Source of the DNA: an uncultured Nitrososphaeraceae archaeon
Lineage (GTDB): Archaea > Thermoproteota > Nitrososphaeria > Nitrososphaerales > Nitrososphaeraceae
Assembly (NCBI GenBank): GCA_963837175.1
Contig: CAWIMJ010000039.1
Location: forward strand, 62,830 to 126,829
DNA length: 64,000 nucleotides
Reading direction: 5' to 3'
The translations under genes were made by a program, and so were the position numbers. This document shows positions 11,606 to 23,394 of this stretch, one piece after another. The notes beneath the pieces were generated by a model that did no database searches, was not told where the DNA came from, and saw only the letters and a list, made by a program, of their open reading frames with translations. Position 1 is the stretch's first letter, and every line of letters starts with the position of its first letter.

Positions 11606-12466
11606 TCATTCTCTTATTGCACCTAGTGTCATTCCCTTTATCATCTGTTTTTGGAAAATTAGCATCAAAACCAATACAGGAATAAGAGAAAGAGTAATAC
11701 CAGCACTAAGATAACCCCAGTCTATTCTATATAGCGAAATAAACTGGTATAATGCAACTTGGAAAACCATTGAATCAGATCTATTGGCTAAAACTACAGG
11801 GAGTATAAATTCATTCCATGAAAACCTGAAAGACAAAACTGCAGCTATCGCAAAACCAGGCATCGACAATGGTATAGTTATACGTCTTAATACTCCAAGT
11901 CTTGAACAACCATCGATCAATGCAGCCTCTTCAAGCTCTGTTGGGATTGTTTCAAAGTAATTTTTCATCAGAAGTATGTTTAGTGGTATAATAAGGATCT
12001 GAAATGTCAACATTAATGCTATTAAAGAATTAAGCAATCCAAAATTTGCTAACATTGTGTATAATGGTATTATATTAATTACAATAGGTATCATGAAAAG
12101 ACCTAATATTATACTCATAATTACGTTTTTTCCCTTGAATTCAAACCTTGCAAATGCATATCCTCCTAAGGAGCTCACGGCAACACTTAAAGCTGTACTA
12201 CCTAAGCTTATTATGAAGCTATTTATCAGACTACGTGCAAGTGCAGGATCAGTTAGTACAAAGAGGTAGTTGTCAATTGTTGGATTTTCTGGTAAAAGTT
12301 TAGGCGGAAAGCTTATGGCTTCTGTATTTGGTTTCAATGAAGTAGATAGAACCCATGCAAGAGGCGATAATGTAATGAATAAGAAAACTGCAATTAAAGC
12401 ATAGATTAAAGTTCGTTCTGCAAAGAACCAAACATTGGGACTTCTAGTGGCTGTCTTCTGTATCAT
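11606..12466 (-). CDS. carbohydrate ABC transporter permease (MalG/UgpE-like)
   Basis: EAA motif ELEEAALIDGCS, SWNEF, 6 TM helices. Confidence 0.95.
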   Translation of the reverse strand: MIQKTATRSPNVWFFAERTLIYALIAVFLFITLSPLAWVLSTSLKPNTEAISFPPKLLPENPTIDNYLFVLTDPALARSLINSFIISLGSTALSVAVSSLGGYAFARFEFKGKNVIMSIILGLFMIPIVINIIPLYTMLANFGLLNSLIALMLTFQILIIPLNILLMKNYFETIPTELEEAALIDGCSRLGVLRRITIPLSMPGFAIAAVLSFRFSWNEFILPVVLANRSDSMVFQVALYQFISLYRIDWGYLSAGITLSLIPVLVLMLIFQKQMIKGMTLGAIRE

Positions 12467-12475
12467 AATCTGGTT

Positions 12476-13342
12476 TTATCTCCTCAAAAGTTTGTGATAA
12501 ATAAATGCAATAGATAGATTGATTGCTATTAGAACTATCCCTGCAGACGCTCCTTTTGAAAGGAGTCCAAACTCAAATGCTTGTCTGTACATGTAAAGTG
12601 ATGCAGTTGTACTTGCAAACAAAGGACCTCCTCCTGTCATTATTAACTGTATGTCAAAGAAGTTTACAGACCAAATAGTTATCAATATAAGATCAATCAC
12701 AATGAATGGTTTGAGTAATGGAAGAGTTATGTGTATGAAGCTTCTAATCTTTGTTGCTCCATCTATGACTGCTGCTTCATATATTGTAGGATTTATTGAA
12801 AATAGACCTGCAGTTAGAAAGAGTATGGTAAATGGAGTACCATACCACACATTTGCGATCACTAAAGACCATATTACTATGCTAGGATCTGAAAGCCATC
12901 CAACTGACTGCAACCCTATCTCATTCAATAGATAGTTTAATATTCCAAAATTATAGTCGAGAATAAACTTAAATGAAAAAGCAGCTATGACTGCAGAAAT
13001 TGTCCAAGGTATTATGAAAATTGCACGCAATACACCAGAAGCTTTTACTTGCTGATGTAATAACACAGACATCAGCATACCAATACCAAATTGAAGAGCA
13101 ACGGAACCTCCGACAAACATAAGTGTGATCTTAAGCGATGTATAAAAATTAGGATCATTAAATAAGTTTATGAAGTTTGTTCCACCAATGTATTCCCATT
13201 CCCTTAGAATAGTAGTGAGAGACACGTCATGTAATGAAATGTATGTATTCCAAAAAAGAGGGAATATTAGAAATACAAGTAATATTGCAAGAGCAGGAGT
13301 AAGAAGAAGATACGGTTCTGCCTTTTCAAATATACTTGGCAT
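12476..13342 (-). CDS. carbohydrate ABC transporter permease (MalF/UgpA-like)
   Basis: IYEAAVIDGAT..F..ITLPLLKP and MTGGGP. Confidence 0.95.
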   Translation of the reverse strand: MPSIFEKAEPYLLLTPALAILLVFLIFPLFWNTYISLHDVSLTTILREWEYIGGTNFINLFNDPNFYTSLKITLMFVGGSVALQFGIGMLMSVLLHQQVKASGVLRAIFIIPWTISAVIAAFSFKFILDYNFGILNYLLNEIGLQSVGWLSDPSIVIWSLVIANVWYGTPFTILFLTAGLFSINPTIYEAAVIDGATKIRSFIHITLPLLKPFIVIDLILITIWSVNFFDIQLIMTGGGPLFASTTASLYMYRQAFEFGLLSKGASAGIVLIAINLSIAFIYHKLLRR

Positions 13343-13366
13343 TTTGCATACTCAATATATGATTCT

Positions 13367-14686
13367 TCACCATCCCAAGACCTTTGCTGACTTTAGCGCA
13401 GCATCATTTAATGCTTGCTTGGGTTCCTTAACACCAAAGTAAACCTCATCTATTGCTTGTTTTATATTATCGGCTATCTGAGAATATTCTGGTACGTTAG
13501 GTCTGCTATGTCCTACAGGGATCATCGATATCATTTCCTTATAATATGGTATGGTAGTATTCAATTGGCTTGCATAAGGACCTTCACCAATAGGCTTCTG
13601 GGTCGGAAGATATCCTTCTTTCTGCAGCATAGGAGTTAGTACATTTGGTTCAACCATTAATGTAAGTAACTCCCATGAAAGGTCTTTGTTTTTAGATGTT
13701 TCAGGGATACTGAGAATCCATCCTCCCATCATTGTAGCAGTCATATTATTTTCATTTGGTACTGGAAATACAGGCAGCATGCCAACTCTCTGCTCAATAT
13801 TAGCCCATTGATCGCGAGGAAAGGTACCAAGTAACCAAGATCCTTCTAACATTACAGCAAACTTCTTGTCAGCAAATTCTTGACCCCAAAAATGATTTAT
13901 CTGAGGCTTTATACCTGCATCAATCTCTTCTTTAATAAACTCTAGTGCCTCTACACCTTGTGTACTGTTGTACGCTGGAAACCAGTATTTACCCTTTATA
14001 GGATGTCCACTTTTCTGCTCAAGTATTTCTCCTCCAAGCATCCAAAGATAAGGGTACCACATATCTGGAGATTGACTGGCACCGACTAAGTGCATTCCTT
14101 GTATTCCCTGACCTTTTAATGCATCGTTGAGTCGCTTTGCACTTGTAATATATCCATTCCATGTCTTCAATGAGTTAGGATCCACGCTTGCTTGGTTCAA
14201 CAGATCTTTCCAGTACCACATAGCCCTTACATCAGTCCAAGCCCAGATACCATATACTTTATCGTTATACTTACCTCCATCCCAATTAGTTTTATACCAA
14301 TCCTTCTCTTTTCCCCAACTATTAGCACGTTCTGTAAGATCTGTTAGAAATCCTCCCTGAGCAAATTCTCCAAGCCAAATTTGATCTACAGATATTAGAT
14401 CAATAGGCGTTCGGCCAACCATTGCTGTTAAGATTTGTGTTCTGGTAGCATCATACGGCAAAACTCTATAATCTACATGAATATCCATATCAGGATGTTT
14501 TTCTCTTAACTTTTGCAATGCATCCTTAAACAAAATATCCCATCTTTCTTTTGGTTCTGCTACTATCGCAGTGAGGGTGACCTGTTGTTTCTGAGCCTCG
14601 ATTGGAATTGTAAAACCTGGTACTAAACTAACTAATAGGACTATGGTTAACACAAGACTAGTATAAGTAACTTTACTTATGTTCAT
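13367..14686 (-). CDS. carbohydrate ABC transporter substrate-binding protein (SBP_bac_1/CUT1)
   Basis: Signal peptide, DQIWLGEFA..GFL.DL and MGGWIL; co-oriented with two permeases. Confidence 0.93.
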   Translation of the reverse strand: MNISKVTYTSLVLTIVLLVSLVPGFTIPIEAQKQQVTLTAIVAEPKERWDILFKDALQKLREKHPDMDIHVDYRVLPYDATRTQILTAMVGRTPIDLISVDQIWLGEFAQGGFLTDLTERANSWGKEKDWYKTNWDGGKYNDKVYGIWAWTDVRAMWYWKDLLNQASVDPNSLKTWNGYITSAKRLNDALKGQGIQGMHLVGASQSPDMWYPYLWMLGGEILEQKSGHPIKGKYWFPAYNSTQGVEALEFIKEEIDAGIKPQINHFWGQEFADKKFAVMLEGSWLLGTFPRDQWANIEQRVGMLPVFPVPNENNMTATMMGGWILSIPETSKNKDLSWELLTLMVEPNVLTPMLQKEGYLPTQKPIGEGPYASQLNTTIPYYKEMISMIPVGHSRPNVPEYSQIADNIKQAIDEVYFGVKEPKQALNDAALKSAKVLGW

Positions 14687-15123
14687 CTAGAGTCTTATGA
14701 AGTCATATTTTTTAAAAGTTGCTATATCTTTTAGCATTCTTGCATATGAATATCAAATAAAATCATAAATAAATGTTATATTTAGCATTATCAGATCAAC
14801 CAAACTTTTTTTATGCAAAAATTCCTTTTAAATATACACAGTCTTGATAGTTTATCTCTATATTATAATACGCGGGATAATTAATGGTAGAGGATTATTA
14901 CCCAAATCTTCATGTTTGATAGTCATCTTGTATATAATGTTAGACTCAACACCAGATCATTGAATGAGATAGGGCTCTTTGTTCTTATGCACCTTTGTTC
15001 TTGTCAATACAATTTTTTATAGTATTTTTCAAACAAGTAATCAAGCTTGAAACAACTAACCCGTACAATGTAAGAAAATTAATATCCCTTACCAAACACA
15101 CCTCTACACAGAGGGCTTTTTAT

Positions 15124-16233
15124 ATGACCAATCTTCGGATCGAAAACCTGACCAAGAAATATGGAAATATAAAAGCACTGGATGATTTTTCTTTAGAAGT
15201 AAAATCTGGTGAGTTTATGGTACTCCTTGGTCCTTCCGGTTGCGGAAAGACCACAGCTGTGAGGTGTATTGCAGGCCTTATTAGCCCCACCAATGGTCAA
15301 ATATACATAGGTGATCAATTAGTCAATGACCTACCTCCGAAGGATCGAGATGTTGCAATGGTGTTCCAAAATTATGCTCTCTATCCTCATATGAGCGTGT
15401 ATGATAATATTGCATTTCCATTAAAAATGAGAAAGAAATCAAGACGGCACATAGAAGAGAAAATCAGCTATGTAGCAGATCTGCTTGGGATAAAAGATCT
15501 TCTTAACAGAAAACCCAAAGAGATAAGCGGAGGACAGATGCAAAGAGTTGCATTAGGTAGAGCACTAGTACGTGAACCAAAAGTCTTCCTGATGGATGAA
15601 CCGCTAAGTAACCTTGACGCAAAACTTCGTATGTATATGAGAACAGAAATCAAGAAGTTGCAGAAGAAAATAGGTATAACTACACTGTATATCACACATG
15701 ATCAGATAGAAGCTATGAGTATGGCAGATAAGATTGCAGTTATGAATGGAGGTTTACTTCAACAAGTTGATACTCCTCAGCAAGTATACAATCAACCCGC
15801 AAATACATTCGTAGCAGGTTTTATAGGAAGTCCATCAATGAACTTCTTGGCATGCAGACTTATTGGAGGCAATTCTATAATTCATCTTGAATCTGATAAT
15901 GTTTCATTCAAATTTCCACCATATAGTACAAGAAGGACACCTCCGAACCCCTTACCCAAAAATGTGACAATTGGGATGAGACCTAAAGATATTGTTCTTT
16001 TAGAGCATGAAAATCCTACAGATATCAACATGATGGGCCAAATAACTTTCACAGAAATGTTAGGTGATGATTCGATAGCAGAGGTAAAGATAGGATCAAA
16101 TTTAATAAAAGTTGCAAACGCAAATTCCAACTTTGATCTTAGTGTTGGTCGGGATGTCACGCTTGGAATACCTTATAGCAAGATCCATCTTTTCGAGACA
16201 GAAACTGGAAATAGATTTTACTACAATACATAA
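15124..16233 (+). CDS. carbohydrate ABC transporter ATPase (MalK/UgpC-like), divergent from SBP-permease operon
   Basis: Walker A GPSGCGKT, VFQNYALYPHM, ISGGQMQR, DEPLSNLDAKLR, TOBE-like C-terminus. Start reassigned to ATG 15124 (MTNLRIENL). Confidence 0.95.
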   Translation: MTNLRIENLTKKYGNIKALDDFSLEVKSGEFMVLLGPSGCGKTTAVRCIAGLISPTNGQIYIGDQLVNDLPPKDRDVAMVFQNYALYPHMSVYDNIAFPLKMRKKSRRHIEEKISYVADLLGIKDLLNRKPKEISGGQMQRVALGRALVREPKVFLMDEPLSNLDAKLRMYMRTEIKKLQKKIGITTLYITHDQIEAMSMADKIAVMNGGLLQQVDTPQQVYNQPANTFVAGFIGSPSMNFLACRLIGGNSIIHLESDNVSFKFPPYSTRRTPPNPLPKNVTIGMRPKDIVLLEHENPTDINMMGQITFTEMLGDDSIAEVKIGSNLIKVANANSNFDLSVGRDVTLGIPYSKIHLFETETGNRFYYNT

Positions 16234-16842
16234 ACAACTAGTTGAAAGAATGATATTAAAATGCCAATCATTTAGCCATAACAATAACAAAACATCAATT
16301 CTGATTCATCTACCAAAAATACTTACTTATGAGGAAAATTGGGTAGAAGAAGATAGTTATAACCCAGTAAAATCTTAAGGTTCTATATAGTTGTTTGAGC
16401 AAAAAGAGAAAGAGGGAAAGAATCTAGGGGTTTTATGGGTAATACTAATGGTAGTAAAAGCAATAATGCTACCTTGGTTAGTATAAGAGAATCTAATAGT
16501 ATCTTTGTTGTTGTAGTTGTAGTAGAATAGACAGAATAAAGAAGAGAAATACAAAAATACAAATTAATAATAAGTAAAGTTTTTTGGGGATAGATGGACA
16601 GATATTAATAATTGTTTTTTCTCCTCCTAGTAATAGCAGTTACTCATCCTTCTTCTCATTGTTCTTGTACGTGATATATAAATTAGTATAATTGCAGATG
16701 ACTCCAGAATTAGGAACACAATAAGCCGAATGTTTTAAACTATAAATTTGCATTTCGATTTCCCATCATTTTCCTTAATCATTTTCAAATGCATTTTATG
16801 AAGTATAATATTCATATTATTATTAATGTATCCTTCGCATTA

Positions 16843-17991
16843 TCATGTTGTTGAATAAATAGTGTATTCATTTTCTCCTTTTATCTCTTCAGCTATAGCA
16901 TCGTTGAATGCTATAGAATTGCACAGCATTCTTAATTCAAAGATTTTAATGATATAGTCATCTATGTTTAAGAGATAAATTATCCTGTTGTTAAACAATA
17001 TTCTCCCGGGCTGACTTTTATCTTCAATTATTCTGAACAATTACAATTAGCATCAAATAAGCAATTCTCTAATATCTCCTTGAATTTGTCAACACAGAGA
17101 TTATAATACCTTTTAGAATCAATAAATTTCTTGACTGTCTTGACGTAAAAGTTTTTGAATTTTTTCATCAATTTGATGTGCTCACAGAATCCCTTTTCTC
17201 TATCACTTTTTTACTATACTCACAGACATCATTCCAAAGTTCTCTAACTTCAGGATAATGGGAATTTAGGAAATCATCAACAAGTAGAGTCAAATGCGAT
17301 AGAATGCTCTTGATTTTCAATATATGTAATATTACATATGATCGGACCTTTTTTTGACTTCAATTGTTGGTAAATGATATGGCGAATTCTCCATATACCA
17401 AATAATTGGATAAATAACATGATCGAGTTCCTTAAAATGTTCTTTATATCTCTTGTAGATATCTCGTCTAAATATGTAGCAAGGATGTCTCCAGGAGTGA
17501 TAAATATAGAGTATTTTCGTCTACCTTCGCTATTTTGATCTATGAATCGGCAAATATCATCATATCCCCATACGTGAATATTTTCTATTTTGTTCTTGAG
17601 TTGATCTTTTATCTTATCTATTCGATCATGACTTCATGTCTTTAGAACAGATGATAGGGGAACGTTAGTTGCAAGAATATAATTGTTACATGGTTTTTGA
17701 TTATTGTTTGTCATTTTGAGTAATTCATTTGTGAGATCCTTTCTAATTCTAATCCATGCCTGATCTAAATTATATGTTGTATCGTGAAATTTTTGGCCTG
17801 AAAGATCCATGTTCCTTTTCATTGTTCTGTCTGAGATGGATAACGCCCACTGCCTTCATATGTGGCTCTCTTACACCATCAGGACCTGTACCAAAGGTAA
17901 TGGTTCCTGCACCGATAATCCTTTTTAAGAGATCCTGTATAAGATGTTCAAATTCAACAGTTCCTAGTAAGTTCAAATTATAATTTGACAT
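16843..17991 (-). pseudogene. degraded gene with N-terminal restriction-endonuclease-like (Mrr-type) domain as seen in NACHT/STAND defence proteins
   Basis: Joined frames: MSNYNLNLLGTVEFEHLIQDL..FGTGPDGVRE / TYEGSGRYPS..WIFQ / KFHD..YILATNVPLS..IHVWGYDDICRFID..FITPGDIL. Multiple frameshifts and stops. Confidence 0.65.
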
Positions 17992-18420
17992 ATAGCACTT
18001 CAACTTTAGAGTTAAATACAATAAGTAGATTTATTCTGCCATCATTATCTTATAAAAATATAATCAATAACCGCGTACATAACTAACTATTATATTGCTC
18101 TAACCGCCATTTATAACTCTAAACCTTTAAAAAATAAATCAATCATTTGTTATATAGTAGTCTTCTTTAGGAATGAGTCATCAAGAAAAAGAACGATTCG
18201 TGTATAATTTCAAATACAAAGTGTAATAGATAGTTTAGCACGGTTGAAATATGCTTTTGTTTGCTACTAACAATATTACTAAAAATATCATAAGCCATTT
18301 CTATCGAGATTATCTTTCAAAACAAATCAGTAATAAAAGAAAACAATGAAGTTGTTTGTTATATATGCCCATGACTGAAGATTTATTCTTGCGATAGTAC
18401 GCTGAAATCATTAATCATCA

Positions 18421-19386
18421 TTATTTAAGACCATTTCTTATTTCTTCTAAAATATCTTCTTTTAGCTTTCCTACCGTTTGTTGTACCTCTTCATCTATCT
18501 TTCCTGCCTTTTCTAGCATCTGTTGTAGCTGTTCTTGTACTTTTTCATCTACTTGTGCTTCTTCTATCTTCTTTCCTTGTTTTACTGTATTTGCTGTTTT
18601 ATCATCTTTTGATAGTGATGTAGTAGATTGCGGCTCTGGCTCTGGTTCTGGTTCTTCTTTCGATACATCCTTGTTTTTCTCCTCTTGCCCCTGAATAGAT
18701 AGTGATGATGAAGGACCTGGAGAAGGTGTTATTGGAACAGAAGGAATTGATTCTGGACTAGTAGCTGTTGTTGTAGTCACAGTTTTAGTATCATTATTAT
18801 TATCTCCCTTTGCAGGAGGCAATGTAGAAGAAGATGAAACACTACTATTACTATGATTGTTCTGTTGTTCTTCTACTGCTGCTGATGATAACTGCCTTTG
18901 GGAAGATTCCATTATTCCAGTAACATCTAAACTATAATATGTTGTTAAATTGGCAGTACCTCCATCATTATTATTAATACACGATAATTTAGAAGTTAGA
19001 TTGTTTGTTCCATTTGTAATAAGATGGTATTTATCAGTATATGTAAAATTCCATGTAGAATAATCATTTACTCCACCACTACCAGTTGCAACAGCTTTCT
19101 GGAATGGCTTCGTATTATTCCAATCAGTATATACTGTACAATCAGTAGTTGCATTATCTGTGGATATTCCTGATATTGTAAGCTCGCCAACTGGCACCTG
19201 ATTGGCAACAGGTGATGTAATCTTTATGCCCATTATTGGCGGTGGCTGCTGTTGTGGTAGTTGTAGTTGTGCTTGTACATGTGAAGCATCATAATAAACT
19301 GGAAAAGCATAATAAAGAAGAATTATTGCACCAACAACAAATAATAGTATCAGTTTTTTTAACTTGAACTGGCTAAATCCTTTCAT
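18421..19386 (-). CDS. secreted/membrane-anchored protein with Ig-like beta-sandwich domain and S/T/P-rich linker
   Basis: TM anchor, then GIKITSP..VPVGELTISG.STDNA..DCTVY..AVATG..NDYS.W..LTxKLSC, the same domain as in 26754-27635. Confidence 0.85.
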   Translation of the reverse strand: MKGFSQFKLKKLILLFVVGAIILLYYAFPVYYDASHVQAQLQLPQQQPPPIMGIKITSPVANQVPVGELTISGISTDNATTDCTVYTDWNNTKPFQKAVATGSGGVNDYSTWNFTYTDKYHLITNGTNNLTSKLSCINNNDGGTANLTTYYSLDVTGIMESSQRQLSSAAVEEQQNNHSNSSVSSSSTLPPAKGDNNNDTKTVTTTTATSPESIPSVPITPSPGPSSSLSIQGQEEKNKDVSKEEPEPEPEPQSTTSLSKDDKTANTVKQGKKIEEAQVDEKVQEQLQQMLEKAGKIDEEVQQTVGKLKEDILEEIRNGLK

Positions 19387-19822
19387 ACCTTACTATGTTT
19401 CTATGATACTATTATTGCTTATAAGAATAGAGTTAAGAATAAAGAATATTGGATGCGGGTTTTCCTTTATAGGGTAAAATATGCTCTTCGCAAGTGCAAA
19501 AGTGGAATTCTGCTTATGAAATTCGATACTTTGAAGAACAAGAGCGCTATATAAACTCTGAATGTGAAGATGCATACACAATGAAATTGAACATTGAGAA
19601 ATGCAAAATTTAAGTTCAAGTGTGCAATTTAAAAATGACAAAAGAAGAGTTATACTAGTAGTAACTTCCGTCGAATCCGTAGAATTTCCAATTTTTGTAT
19701 TATAATATTTATGGTATTTATCAAATCCAAATATTTCTTAGCTCACTAAGAAAATCTTGTTGGACGACTTATGGATATATATTCAATATCAAAACAATAT
19801 TTACTAAGCTAAAATACACAGA

Positions 19823-20239
19823 CTAAATCTTTATCTTTATAGTATCTCCTTCAATTTTAGTTTCATAGATTTCTTGATCATATGTCTTAATATGAGCCAT
19901 TAGTTGTCCTGCATGTTCCAAGTACTTTTGCCATGTTTTTGGTAGTGGTTCCATTTCTTGTGAAGGTGTTAGAACAGGCTCTTTGACCTTCTTACCAGAG
20001 ATAATATCAAATCTTGCTCCATGAAAAGGACATGTTATGATATTATCATTTGCTAGATTGCCCATTGAAAGTAACGCATTCATATGAGCACATCTATCAT
20101 TTAATGCATAGAATTTTCCATCTATATTGGCAATTAGTAGTTCTTTTCCATTTACTTCTACATGTTTCATTTGTCTATTGGTAATTTCATTTGTTTTGGC
20201 AACCTCTACATATTCCTCATTAGTAGCACTCTTGCTCAT
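19823..20239 (-). CDS. Rieske [2Fe-2S] ferredoxin
   Basis: CAH..L and CPFHGARFD. Confidence 0.92.
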   Translation of the reverse strand: MSKSATNEEYVEVAKTNEITNRQMKHVEVNGKELLIANIDGKFYALNDRCAHMNALLSMGNLANDNIITCPFHGARFDIISGKKVKEPVLTPSQEMEPLPKTWQKYLEHAGQLMAHIKTYDQEIYETKIEGDTIKIKI

Positions 20240-20865
20240 TGTCTAACGGATAATTATATGGATATTATTGTTTATATTTGGTAGTATTATTTTCGCCTGA
20301 AATTTGACTCAAATTCATTTTATGTTTTACTACCTAGACTATGTCAATAAAAAGAAAAAATACATAAACAAAGCAACAGAACCCGTATAAATGCAGGGAA
20401 CTAATCCCACCGAAGCCGTTATGATATCATAGAGAACTTGATTTTATATCAACATGTCAAGAATGGGGAAAACTGTAAAGTATGACTACTCTTCATTCAA
20501 TGGAACATATACATGCAAAATAATATCCTAAAAAGAGTACTTTTTGCCCTATCTATAGACAAAGAAGTATTATTTGGATCGTTGGATTAATGCCTGTACC
20601 GATAGGGTCGACCCTTCCAGACTCACTTATAGTAAAGCAATATGCATATCTCCTCTCCTCTGTATGAGTTCAATGAGATACTTGTCAAGTTTCTGATAGG
20701 TATCCATAGACAAGCGTACATTTCGGTATTGGACAGTTTTCTTCTTGCTTTGCCAATTAATATTATATGATTCACATTCATTACACAAAATATGAGACCG
20801 ATTTCAGACGTTGTGGTATGACGTGTAGAAGCTCTTTTGTTTGATGTCTTTATTATTTGAGAAAA

Positions 20866-21121
20866 ATGTCAGAACGAGTAGCAGATTGGAAAGCCACTAT
20901 TCATAAAACCCTGATCAGATGATGGAAATCTGATAGGACGTGTTAATGCTGTGGATGATAACTCAATTCTAGTTTCAACGGAGGCTGCAAGAACACATTA
21001 CAAGATACCAAAACATACTGTATAAGGTTTTGATAGACATGAGGTATCAATAAATGTACAAAAGTCAGAGCTTGAAAGATTTAAAGGTGATGCCAAAGAG
21101 GGCTTTAAGGAAGTAATGTAA
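20866..21121 (+). pseudogene. small PRC-barrel-like thaumarchaeal protein, frameshift plus internal stop
   Basis: MSERVADWKATIHK / SDDGNLIGRVNAVDDNSILVSTEAARTHYKIPKHTV*GFD..; second copy at 42630-42846. Confidence 0.6.
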
Positions 21122-21789
21122 AAAACAAAACATACATACACACATATAAAAGCAATTTTTACGTCCCTTTCTTAAAGTATTAATAGTTATCAATTGTTAA
21201 CTCAGTTTTGCAAACTTATAGATGGGTTGATGTATAAAATATTCCTCTTATATAGTATCATTGTTTAGTCAGTTTCTCTTAATTAAAGTATTAAATTTGG
21301 CAATCTGCTACTATTATTAATTCCATGCTTGCTCAAATCGATGAGTACAATTTCTATTATATTGCCAAATGAATGATACTTTAGTGTCTTTTGCCTTGAA
21401 CCAAACTGACAATTCTTGCGAAAATCTATCCAGGGGTTTTGTGAATAACTACCATGAGCAAAGATTATCTTGTATTCCATATGTGTACAATTTATGTGAA
21501 GTCTGCCAAGAAAGATAGAGATCAATATTTGATTTAAAGAAATCAGTTTATCATTATCTCTTAATCCCAGACTTCTACAATCCATTAAGACATAACTTCA
21601 AACAAATACCTTTTGTTCAAGAGAGCAACTGAGTAAGAGTAGGTTGATTTTAGATTTATCGTGCCACTGTGGGGGTCAAAACACTTTCTATGTGTGACTG
21701 TGACTGTCTGACAGAGATAGTCAAACACACTGTAACTAAAATAACCCGAGAAATACACATATAAAAAAAATATCATTATTATTATTTCT

Positions 21790-22420
21790 TGACCAATGTT
21801 TGCAATAATTGCACCAGTTCTTTGGAACAGTAATCATAGTATCATGTCATGTCTTCAATTCATGGTAATCCCAGCCTTGTGACTTTGCTCTCTGAGCCAT
21901 AAAATGGAAATCCTTGAATTAAGTACATGAGATATAACTTTGGGTATTCTCTGAGCTTGCATGTTGACAATTCTTAAGGACTGATGATGAGTATGCATTA
22001 GCATGAATAATTCTAGTCTCCATCCAACTACTATCAGTAGGATTTGTCACACCCCAAACTTTTGGGTCATAAGAAGCAACTAACCATTCCTTACCATGCT
22101 CTGTTAATGCTCTATTCTTGTAAATAGATTCTAAACTAGGTATCAAATCAAAGGCACTTTTGTTATCTTCAGGTATATATGCATCAAGATAAACAAGACG
22201 GTTTAATTCTCTCAGGAACTTGTTTCTGCTACATCCTACCGATAACTAAACCTCCATAACTATGACCAACTAAAATTATTTCATTGAGATCTTCATACTT
22301 TAACACTTGAATTATATTAAGTATATGAGTATACAAATCAATATTTTTAGATACAAGATGACTTCTGTATCTAGGCCAGTAAGAGTTGGAGTATAGACAT
22401 TATGACCATCTTTGCTCAGA
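21790..22420 (-). pseudogene. alpha/beta hydrolase (esterase), multiply frameshifted
   Basis: GHNVYTPTLTGL, IILVGHSYGG and RLVYLDAYIP fragments in different frames. Confidence 0.8.
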
Positions 22421-22499
22421 AAAAGAAGAAAACCATATTAAGAAGTAAGAAAAGTATTTGAACAACAAAATAAGTTATTATTATTTGTACATAATCACA

Positions 22500-23138
22500 A
22501 TGAGCCGATCTGCAAAGGAATGGTCTAATACCCAAAATGCTTTGGCATATCTAAATGTAGCCGATAATCTTCCACATCGTACAGAAGGTGAAGCTGTTTT
22601 AATTGATCATATTCCTAAAGATGCAAATCGAATACTAGATCTTGGTACAGGAGATGGACGACTAATAAAATTGATAAAGACAGATAGACCAGATATAAAA
22701 GAAGCAGTAGCCTTAGATGTATCTCCAACCATGCTAAAAGCTGCCAAAGATCACTTTGCTAATGATTCAAAGGTTAAGATTATAGAACACGATCTTAGCT
22801 TGCCATTACCAGATCTAGACTATTTTGATGCTATTGTATCAAGTTTTGCCATTCACCACTTAAAACATGAGCGTAAGCGTTCGCTTTATGAGGAAATTTA
22901 TGATATACTTAATCCAACAGGCGTCTTTTGTAATCTTGAACATGTAGCATCGCCTTCTGTAGAACTTCATGTTAGCTTTCTAAATGCCATCGTTTATACA
23001 CCAAAAAAAGAGGATAAAGCTAATAGGCTACTGCCTATGGAAACACAACTAGGTTGGCTTAGAGATCTAGGATTTGTAGATGTGGATTGCTATTGGAAAT
23101 GGCTTGAGATGGCTTTGTTGATAGGATATAAGGCATAG
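22500..23138 (+). CDS. class I SAM-dependent methyltransferase
   Basis: ILDLGTGDG, FDAIVSSFAIHHL, VDCYWKW. ATG 22500 preferred. Confidence 0.9.
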   Translation: MSRSAKEWSNTQNALAYLNVADNLPHRTEGEAVLIDHIPKDANRILDLGTGDGRLIKLIKTDRPDIKEAVALDVSPTMLKAAKDHFANDSKVKIIEHDLSLPLPDLDYFDAIVSSFAIHHLKHERKRSLYEEIYDILNPTGVFCNLEHVASPSVELHVSFLNAIVYTPKKEDKANRLLPMETQLGWLRDLGFVDVDCYWKWLEMALLIGYKA

Positions 23139-23394
23139 CATAGAAGGAAAATAGGTTTTAGAGAGAAAGATAATATGAATATAACAAAAGAAAATGATTT
23201 ATTGATAACAGTTAGCATGATAAATAATTTTTGAAAATGAATATGTCACAAATTTGATATACATCATTTATGATAACAATAAGTAAAATGCTGGCTGTGT
23301 CAGGAGTCAAAATACTTTCAACGTGTACCATGTGACCAGTCACACGCTAAAAACAGATCTTCCTCAGAGAGGCACAATTATTTTAAACTTACTT

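Noticed and set aside
14995-15123. N-terminal extension of the ABC ATPase from TTG 14995
   Set aside because: MalK-like homology begins at ATG 15124.
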